Assembly (NCBI GenBank): GCA_948896875.1
Contig: CAQUWW010000001.1
Location: forward strand, 20,056 to 84,055
Direction of reading: 5' to 3'
Length of the DNA: 64,000 bases
Origin: an uncultured Acetatifactor sp.
GTDB lineage: Bacteria > Bacillota > Clostridia > Lachnospirales > Lachnospiraceae
The notes below the pieces were generated by a model, which worked only from the letters and a program-made list of their open reading frames with translations, was not told where the DNA came from and made no database searches. The position numbers and the translations under genes are program-made. Below are positions 57,404 through 64,000 of the stretch, piece after piece (positions within the stretch are counted from its first letter, which is position 1; every line of letters begins with the position of its first letter).

Positions 57404-58401
57404 GAAAGACCGTAAAAGAAAAGAGGGTGAGGATTGTGCCGATTTGGATGGGTATCTTTGTTTTTGTTCTGGCGTTTGGTGCCGGGATTGCTTCAAAATT
57501 TGCAATCCAGCCTGGGTGGACGAAAGAGTACAGCGTGGCGTGGAGCGATGAGTTGGGGACACGCATGGTCGATTTGTTCTATGGGGACGGGGAGGCCAAC
57601 AAGTTCGACCTGTATCTGCCTGCCGACAGCGGGAAGGGGAGCTATGGTCTGGTGGTCTACCTCCACGCCGGTGGCTTCACCTCCGGGGATAAAAGCGGGG
57701 ATGTGGAGATGCTCTCCTGGCTGTGCAAAAAGGGCTATGTGGCGGCCGGTATCAACTACACCCTGTTCGCGGAGCTGGAGGGCGGCGCTACCAACGGCGC
57801 CAGTGTGCTGACCCAGTCCAACGAAATCAGGGACGCCATCCCCAAAGTGATCGAAGCGGCGGAAAAGGAGGGCTACCATATTGACAATATGGCTATCTCC
57901 GGCGGCTCGGCGGGCCACGCTTTGGCTATGATTTATGCCTATCGGGATGCCAGTCAGTCACCTGTTCCTGTGAAAATGACCTTCGGCGCGGTGGGACCGT
58001 CCTGCTTCCACCGGGAGGACTGGGACAACTACGGCTTTGATCGAGAGACAGAGGAGAGCTATCAGGGGGCAGCGGGCATTTTCAGCGCCATGCTGGGCGA
58101 GATGCTTTCGGTGGAGGAAATCAAGGACGGCTCCTATTTGGAGAAAATGAACCCTATTTCCGCCGTCGAGTGGATTACAACCGACGCCCCGCCTACCGTC
58201 GTCGCTTATGGAACTTACGACCGAGTGCAGCCTTTCAAGGCATCCCTTCGGCTGAAGGCGGCACTGGAAGAAAATGGTGTGGACTTCAAATATTTTGAGA
58301 TGCCCCACTCCGGCCACGGATTACAGAACGACCATGCGCTCTACAAGCAGTGGATGGAGACCGTTGAGGAATATCTTGACAAATACATGCCGGTAAAGTG
58401 A
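57400..58401 (+). CDS. Membrane-anchored alpha/beta hydrolase (esterase/lipase)
   Basis: N-terminal TM; DLYLP, HAGGF, GGSAGH nucleophile elbow, YDRVQP and HSGHG. Confidence 0.85.
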   Translation: MRKTVKEKRVRIVPIWMGIFVFVLAFGAGIASKFAIQPGWTKEYSVAWSDELGTRMVDLFYGDGEANKFDLYLPADSGKGSYGLVVYLHAGGFTSGDKSGDVEMLSWLCKKGYVAAGINYTLFAELEGGATNGASVLTQSNEIRDAIPKVIEAAEKEGYHIDNMAISGGSAGHALAMIYAYRDASQSPVPVKMTFGAVGPSCFHREDWDNYGFDRETEESYQGAAGIFSAMLGEMLSVEEIKDGSYLEKMNPISAVEWITTDAPPTVVAYGTYDRVQPFKASLRLKAALEENGVDFKYFEMPHSGHGLQNDHALYKQWMETVEEYLDKYMPVK

Positions 58402-58480
58402 GAGCGGAGTTACTAATGCCCGGAAAGTTGCTGCTTCTGCTGGAGCGGTATCAAGGCAACAGTAGGATGCCGATATGCGA

Positions 58481-59746
58481 TTAAATATCCTTCGCCCGAT
58501 ACAGCAGCAGAACTTTTTTCACCACAGTCCGCTCACCCCTGCCGTTTCCCGGCGTCCATGTCAGGTCCGTTCTCCAGGGCACCGAGTAGGGGCCATCAGG
58601 ATTTGCCTTTAATTGCTGGAAAATGGCTCTGCGTCCGGCGGCATTCTGAGCGGCGTTCGTGTCTCCGCTCTGTCTGCGCCAGCTTTCATAACCGTCCAGG
58701 TAGCTTTCCGCCATCTCGTCCCAGGAATGGAATTGCTGCTGGATGACCCTTCCGGCCCTGCTGAATTCCTGATCCAGTTCGTTTCGGTCTATCATTTTCA
58801 CCAGGTACATCATGCCCAGAAGCTGGGTGGCACGGCACAGATCCCAGCCTACATACATGGTATCCAGCCGTCCGGCATGCCGGTCGACCAGCTCATGGAC
58901 TGTCTGTAGTCCATCCTGCCTGTTTCGGATATCCCATTGCTCTCCAAGGGCCACATTTCGGAAATTGGCCACTACTTTTCGGGTTCCGTGCACCCCTGTG
59001 ATCAAAGGCCAGCCCTCCAGCATGGCGAAGGAATGGGCCCAGATGGCGAAGGTGGAAGCACACCAGCATTCCAGATCGTTGCGGGGAAGGAGAGGATCTC
59101 TCCTCCAGAAAATGGCAGGCGCAAATCGCCAACGGCGCACACCAATCACACGGTAAAGCAGCACAAAGATCACATAAATCCATGCGGATGCCCAGCGGCC
59201 CAGCAGGCGGCCATAGTCTGATTCTCCCAGCACCGGGACATAATCCCCATACATGTCTATGTAGTGGTCCAGCTGTGTCATATTTTTTTCAAATATCATA
59301 ACTTCATCCGGCGGTGTCCATTCCTTCCACACCCCTGCCGGCATGCGGTATTCTCCGGGCGTATCCGTCTCCTGGATTGCCTTTTTGTTGATATGGGCGA
59401 TGACTTTCTCGCCGCTGGGCAGCTGAATGTAGTGGTAGATCTGGTCGCCGCTGCGGATGGTGTCATGGTTGATCACCACACCCTTTACAATCAGGGTAAA
59501 GGTATCCAGCTTTTCCATATCGGCTATGGACTCTGCGATGGAAACTTCTGCCCCGGCTTCCGCTCCAGCGGCTCCTTCTTCCAGGGTAACGTCTTTCTGA
59601 TAAATTTTGTAAAAAAGGGGTCCCAGAACGAACTCCACAAACAGGGTCAGCGCTATCAGGGCGGGAAGCCATAGAAGCATCTGATACATATTTGTGTTGA
59701 AGCCGTATATGTTTTTGTTTGAAATTTTATAGCGGGTGGCACTCAT
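58481..59746 (-). CDS. DUF1266-domain membrane protein
   Basis: Two TM segments; C-terminal QWDIRN, GWDLCRA and FHSWDEMAESYLDGY. Confidence 0.7.
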   Translation of the reverse strand: MSATRYKISNKNIYGFNTNMYQMLLWLPALIALTLFVEFVLGPLFYKIYQKDVTLEEGAAGAEAGAEVSIAESIADMEKLDTFTLIVKGVVINHDTIRSGDQIYHYIQLPSGEKVIAHINKKAIQETDTPGEYRMPAGVWKEWTPPDEVMIFEKNMTQLDHYIDMYGDYVPVLGESDYGRLLGRWASAWIYVIFVLLYRVIGVRRWRFAPAIFWRRDPLLPRNDLECWCASTFAIWAHSFAMLEGWPLITGVHGTRKVVANFRNVALGEQWDIRNRQDGLQTVHELVDRHAGRLDTMYVGWDLCRATQLLGMMYLVKMIDRNELDQEFSRAGRVIQQQFHSWDEMAESYLDGYESWRRQSGDTNAAQNAAGRRAIFQQLKANPDGPYSVPWRTDLTWTPGNGRGERTVVKKVLLLYRAKDI

Positions 59747-59926
59747 GGGGAATTACCTCCTAAATCTAAATTCTATTGTAAATGTATGGGGCTGCTTTTT
59801 CAAGTGTAAAAACGGGAGAGATCCGGAGGAAATCATGAGGATAAGAGATATGTACGAATTGGCGATTGACTTTTTCAGGGCTTTCGTTTATCCTTTGGTT
59901 AAAGTTCTTGAAAGGAAGTGTTTTTT

Positions 59927-60490
59927 ATGCCAGCATTACAGCCTCAATCTCAGATTATTTCTCTGGAGCAGTATGAAGCTCTTCCGGAAGATATCAGAGC
60001 AGAAGTATTTGAAGGACAGATTTATTATATGGCCAGCCCCTCACAGATCCATCAGTCGATACTTCTGGAACTGAGCACGCTGCTTAACTTCTATGTGAAA
60101 AGCCGGAAAGGAGATTGCAAAGTATTTCCTGCTCCATTCGATGTAAAACTTTCGGACAATCCCCTCACAATCGTACAGCCAGACATTATGATTGTGTGCG
60201 ACAAAGACAAGCTGGACGAAAATCGCTGCAATGGCGCCCCAGACTTCATCATTGAGATTGTTTCTCCCGGCAATCCGTCAGATGATTATATCCAAAAAGC
60301 ATACTACTACAAAAATTATGGTGTTCGGGAATACTGGATTGTGGACCCGAAACGCCGGCTGGTAACGGTTAACTATTTTGAAGGAGATTTACTGAACATT
60401 CAATATTCCTTTGAATCCACAATCAAGGTAAATATCTATGATGACCTATATATCAACTTTTTTGATATTGCTGGTTTACTGAATATTTAG
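59927..60490 (+). CDS. Uma2-family endonuclease
   Basis: MASPSQIHQ, APFDVKL, VQPDI, GAPDFIIEIVSPG and GVREYWIVDP. Confidence 0.92.
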   Translation: MPALQPQSQIISLEQYEALPEDIRAEVFEGQIYYMASPSQIHQSILLELSTLLNFYVKSRKGDCKVFPAPFDVKLSDNPLTIVQPDIMIVCDKDKLDENRCNGAPDFIIEIVSPGNPSDDYIQKAYYYKNYGVREYWIVDPKRRLVTVNYFEGDLLNIQYSFESTIKVNIYDDLYINFFDIAGLLNI

Positions 60491-60503
60491 CTGTTGACAT
60501 GAA

Positions 60504-60556
60504 AATCCCCCCTTAAATAGATTTTGGTTGTCTGCCTCGTCTATTCAAGGGGGATT
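60504..60556. terminator. Hairpin between convergent genes
   Basis: AATCCCCCCTT..ATAGA...TCTAT..AAGGGGGATT. Confidence 0.55.
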
Positions 60557-60608
60557 ATATTATTCCGCATATACCCTTTGTGGTGTCCGTAAGATATCCG
60601 GAGGTGTA

Positions 60609-60782
60609 TTAAATTTCGGATTGAAGAGGGCCGTGTTCTTTCTCATGGGCCATAATAGCCTGACGGATTAAATATAGAATCTCACCGTTGATAGAACGTC
60701 CTTCATAATCTGAAAGACTTTTTAATTTGGCATGTAAATCATTGTCTATACGTATTCCCAAATGCTTTTCTTTCTTTGTCAT
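60609..60782 (-). CDS. Arc-family (ribbon-helix-helix) DNA-binding protein
   Basis: HLGIRIDNDLHAKLKSLSDYEGRSINGEILYLIR. Confidence 0.85.
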   Translation of the reverse strand: MTKKEKHLGIRIDNDLHAKLKSLSDYEGRSINGEILYLIRQAIMAHEKEHGPLQSEI

Positions 60783-60937
60783 AGAACCCTTCTCCATACT
60801 ATAAGTACAAAATAAATTTATTTCGCATTTATTTTACGTACATTTTGTGCTAGAATATGTGAAATGAACTTGTTTTAAGTACATATTATTTATGGAATAA
60901 AGGTTTATTATTCGAAAACAGACACCGGGAGAAAAAT

Positions 60938-61405
60938 ATGAGGATCGAAAGAAATTATTATACACTGGAACTGAAGTCAATAAAGGCACAAAGTAAAGAA
61001 TGGGAACAGGAAGTAATGACATGGACAAAAGAAGAGAAACAGAAATATTTGGAAAGTGAGCAACATCAGCTGAAAAAAATATACGCACATATTGAAGAAG
61101 ATAAGCGTCATATCATACGAGTTATGAATCAAGAGAAAATGAATATTTTTCAGAATATGGCAGAGAAGGCGATTGCCTGGGCAGAAGATATGATAACAGA
61201 CTTGCTTATTGACATTACTGATCAGCTTCAGGGAATGATTCAGTTTAAAACAGATATAATACTTTTTACATGCGAAACGCCTCCAAGGTGCCGCGCCTAT
61301 TTCTTAGAAATAATAGAAGTGGCAGATGAGATTTGGATGGACGCAGAAGAAAAAGCATATACAATGGTTTTCTGGTTTAATTTATATGACGAAATAAAAA
61401 GATAA
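60938..61405 (+). CDS. Hypothetical protein (AT-rich gene)
   Basis: 155-aa ORF with a GGGAG RBS; no recognised motif. Confidence 0.6.
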   Translation: MRIERNYYTLELKSIKAQSKEWEQEVMTWTKEEKQKYLESEQHQLKKIYAHIEEDKRHIIRVMNQEKMNIFQNMAEKAIAWAEDMITDLLIDITDQLQGMIQFKTDIILFTCETPPRCRAYFLEIIEVADEIWMDAEEKAYTMVFWFNLYDEIKR

Positions 61406-61527
61406 AAGGAAACGTACCGGAAATCAACGGTTGGAATTTTTTGAAAATCTGCTGATGGGCGGGCAAAATGAATTGAGGAACAGGTATCTTCATATTTGAC
61501 TATAAAACTAAGCTTTGAGAGGTGTGC

Positions 61528-61932
61528 ATGATGGAAATAAGAGAATACACAGAATACAATGAAGAAGAAATACTGAGCCTGTATGCCAGCGTGGGCTGGA
61601 CGGCTTATACGGACCAGCCGGATATCCTGAGAAAAGGGTTTGAGAATTCGCTGTTGATTCTGGCGGCCTATGAGGGCGATGCGCTCCAGGGGCTTATCCG
61701 GGTGGTGGGCGACGGGCACACCATTGTGTTCATTCAGGACATTCTGGTATATCCGGAATATCACAGGCAGGGGATTGGCTCCCGGCTGCTCCAGGCAGTG
61801 CTGGAACGTTACCGGGATGTGCGCCAGATTCATCTGGCGACGGACAATACGCCGAAGACCGCGGCATTTTATAAATCCCAGGGCTTTAGCGAGATGTCCG
61901 AGGTTGGATGCCTTGTGTTCACGCGGCTGTAG
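61528..61932 (+). CDS. GNAT acetyltransferase
   Basis: IQDILVYPEYHRQGIGSRLL and FYKSQGF. Confidence 0.9.
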   Translation: MMEIREYTEYNEEEILSLYASVGWTAYTDQPDILRKGFENSLLILAAYEGDALQGLIRVVGDGHTIVFIQDILVYPEYHRQGIGSRLLQAVLERYRDVRQIHLATDNTPKTAAFYKSQGFSEMSEVGCLVFTRL

Positions 61933-61979
61933 GCTGGATGAATAATTGTATAAGAGGACAATTCTTTGGCTCCGGGAGA

Positions 61980-63527
61980 TCAGGGCCGATATTGTTCTGA
62001 GATATCCGTAATCTTCCCCTCCTCCAGCTCAATGATCCAGAGCACCTGATATTCCATTTCTGACAGAGCAGTCCGGAATTCTTCCGCGCTGAGCTCCAGA
62101 CGGGGATCATAGTGATTTTCCAGAATGGAAAAGGTGCAGTTCTCATGAAGGGGATAGGTGATGTCTTCGCCTTCTGCATCTACCACTTCAAAGCCAGCGG
62201 CATCATTGTATTCCGGTTTCCAGCCTTCGCTTTCCGGTGTCAGCCACAGCTGCAGGTCGATGGTGGCGGTACCGTCTGCAAATTCCGACAGATATCCGTA
62301 GGTCTGGCCGTTTTGCGGGATGGCGGCAGAGGGTGTGATGTTTTCTGGGGATGTGGATTCCTGCACGCCCGGAATGTCATCGTTAAAGGTATCCGTGGGA
62401 AAATTGGGAATGTTTTCGTTTTTTCCCAGTACAGGATTCGTTTTGATACCGGCAGTCGCCGCTGGAAAGGAACATCCTACCAGGGCGCCCAGGCTGGCAG
62501 TTAACACAAGGACACATATCAGTACGGAAGCTCCGTTTTTCTTTCTGGTCTGTTCTAATATATTCTTAAACCGTTTTTTCATAACCTGTTTCCCTCCGTA
62601 GAATTGAGTGGATAGAACTGTTTTTCTGGTGTAATGTCTGTAAAGCGTAGAAAGCAGGGTTTCAGTGTAGGCTTTCCGTATGGTGTAATTTGTACCCTGT
62701 ATGACACGCTCATCGCAGGATAATTCCATCGTGATGGCAGCTTCTCTCTGCATAATCCAGACGAGCGGATTAAACCAGTGAATGGCATTGGCCAGAACAA
62801 ACAGCAGCTTTTTGTATACATCTTTTCTCTTCAGATGAACCAGCTCATGTTTCAGGATAAATGGTAACGCTTCCGAGGGAAAGGGTTCTTTTGAAGGGGA
62901 AATTTCTTCCGGCAGGATTAGTACAGGTTTCCAGAATCCGATTATCATGGGGCTGGCGGCTTCGGTGTATTTTATGGCGCGGAGGGTGCCCCGGATACCC
63001 AGTTCCTGCTTCAACATAGATATCTGTTCTGAAATGTAATTGTTTTCTATTGCGGTGCCATTCTTCAGCACCTGCTTTTTGTAATGCAGACAGCTGAGCA
63101 AATGTACAGCCAGGAATAGGAAACCGCCGGTCAGCCAGATGAAAACAGTAAGATCAAGCAGGGTAAAGGGAAGCCGGTTCTCCGAGGAGTGTATCGCGAT
63201 GGGTACCGTCATCTGTGCCGGGATTTCTACTACAATCTGTCCGACCTGTTCAGAGGGAATGTTCTGTTCCAACAGAGTATCCGCGTCATTTTTCGCAGAA
63301 TGGGAGCTGAGCTGAGCCGGCATTTGGGATAAGTAGTTGGCAGCAGCCCTTACATCCGCAAGGTGAAAAGGCAGAATCAGCCGCACCGCAAGCAGAATCC
63401 AGATCCAATAACTCCATTTTGCAGCATATCGTCTGTTTAAAAAAGGAGTCAACAAAAGCAACACGCCGATTAGCAGACTGATGGATACTGAAATTTCAAA
63501 AACGGAAAGAAATAAATCTGTCATCAT
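61980..63527 (-). CDS. BlaR1/MecR1-like M56 metallopeptidase
   Basis: WIWILLAVRLILP, SPMIIGFWKPVLILP, HELVH, HWFNPL and ELSCD; the C-terminal extracellular domain is not recognisably a penicillin-binding domain. Confidence 0.9.
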   Translation of the reverse strand: MMTDLFLSVFEISVSISLLIGVLLLLTPFLNRRYAAKWSYWIWILLAVRLILPFHLADVRAAANYLSQMPAQLSSHSAKNDADTLLEQNIPSEQVGQIVVEIPAQMTVPIAIHSSENRLPFTLLDLTVFIWLTGGFLFLAVHLLSCLHYKKQVLKNGTAIENNYISEQISMLKQELGIRGTLRAIKYTEAASPMIIGFWKPVLILPEEISPSKEPFPSEALPFILKHELVHLKRKDVYKKLLFVLANAIHWFNPLVWIMQREAAITMELSCDERVIQGTNYTIRKAYTETLLSTLYRHYTRKTVLSTQFYGGKQVMKKRFKNILEQTRKKNGASVLICVLVLTASLGALVGCSFPAATAGIKTNPVLGKNENIPNFPTDTFNDDIPGVQESTSPENITPSAAIPQNGQTYGYLSEFADGTATIDLQLWLTPESEGWKPEYNDAAGFEVVDAEGEDITYPLHENCTFSILENHYDPRLELSAEEFRTALSEMEYQVLWIIELEEGKITDISEQYRP

Positions 63528-63928
63528 TCTTCCTCCTCCATGGAATGTTCCGCCTCTAATTGATCCAGAAAATTCCTGAGTTCTTCTACGTCAGAATTTC
63601 TGATTGCTTTGTTGCTGTACAGGGTGGCAATCATATTCTGCAGAGAATTGTTGTATAGTTTTTCCAGAAAATGTTTGCTGGCGCCGGCCTTGTACTCATT
63701 TTCTGAAATGATTGCGGTATACAGATTCGGGCCGGTTGAGCGATCGCAGCTGACAAACCCTTTGTCAGACAGACGGGTCAGAGAAGTCATCAAAGTAGAA
63801 AGCTGCCATTTCCTCCGTCCCTGCAGTTCTTTTAAGATAGAATTTGAAGTAAGCGGGGAAGCGCTGTTCCAGATGACCTGCATGATTTCCAATTCTGCTT
63901 CTCCCAGTTTTTTGCGTATACTGTCCAT
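63524..63928 (-). CDS. BlaI/MecI/CopY-family repressor
   Basis: LGEAELEIMQVIW, WQLSTLMTSLTRLSDKGFV and FLEKLYNNS. Confidence 0.92.
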   Translation of the reverse strand: MDSIRKKLGEAELEIMQVIWNSASPLTSNSILKELQGRRKWQLSTLMTSLTRLSDKGFVSCDRSTGPNLYTAIISENEYKAGASKHFLEKLYNNSLQNMIATLYSNKAIRNSDVEELRNFLDQLEAEHSMEEEE

Positions 63929-64000
63929 ATGAAATGTCTCCTGTTTCAAGCTTTGTAGCCGCCATTGTCCGTACCTTTTAGGGATTCCCTTCCGGCCATT

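Noticed and set aside
61980..63928. Beta-lactam resistance locus
   Set aside because: No beta-lactamase in the window and no recognisable penicillin-binding sensor domain; treated as a generic BlaI/M56 pair.
1..64000. Prophage, IS element, integron or multi-gene defence island
   Set aside because: No integrase, transposase, phage structural or methylase genes were seen; nuclease-type genes are scattered singly.

Overview
A 64 kb gene-dense chromosomal window from a Clostridia-type bacterium; gene content and repeats suggest a gut Lachnospiraceae (inference). Left to right: the 3' part of a UvrD/PcrA-family helicase; an AAA-ATPase/PD-(D/E)XK protein; an orphan large solute-binding lipoprotein; a broken GNAT gene; a two-component system with an ABC/FtsX exporter; a five-gene corrinoid (B12) methyl-transfer operon whose corrinoid protein is fused in frame to an AraC regulator; an ECF sigma/anti-sigma pair; a second AAA/PD-(D/E)XK paralog; a CE4 deacetylase; a ~21.5 kb GntR-associated sugar locus (Opp-type ABC, GH106-like, two GHL6-like, GH42, DUF4038 hydrolase, glycerate-forming enzymes); hicAB; a zinc-less Fpg/Nei; a glycoside locus (MFS, AraC, GH78 and a protein resembling fungal saponin hydrolases); two TetR modules; DUF1266, Uma2, Arc, GNAT and BlaI/BlaR1-type genes. 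No CRISPR array, rRNA, tRNA, transposase or integrase was seen. Three families of dispersed hairpin repeats occur, including a ~120 nt element with compensatory base changes that ends just upstream of ribosome-binding sites. Family assignments come from motifs recognised by eye; no database search was run.
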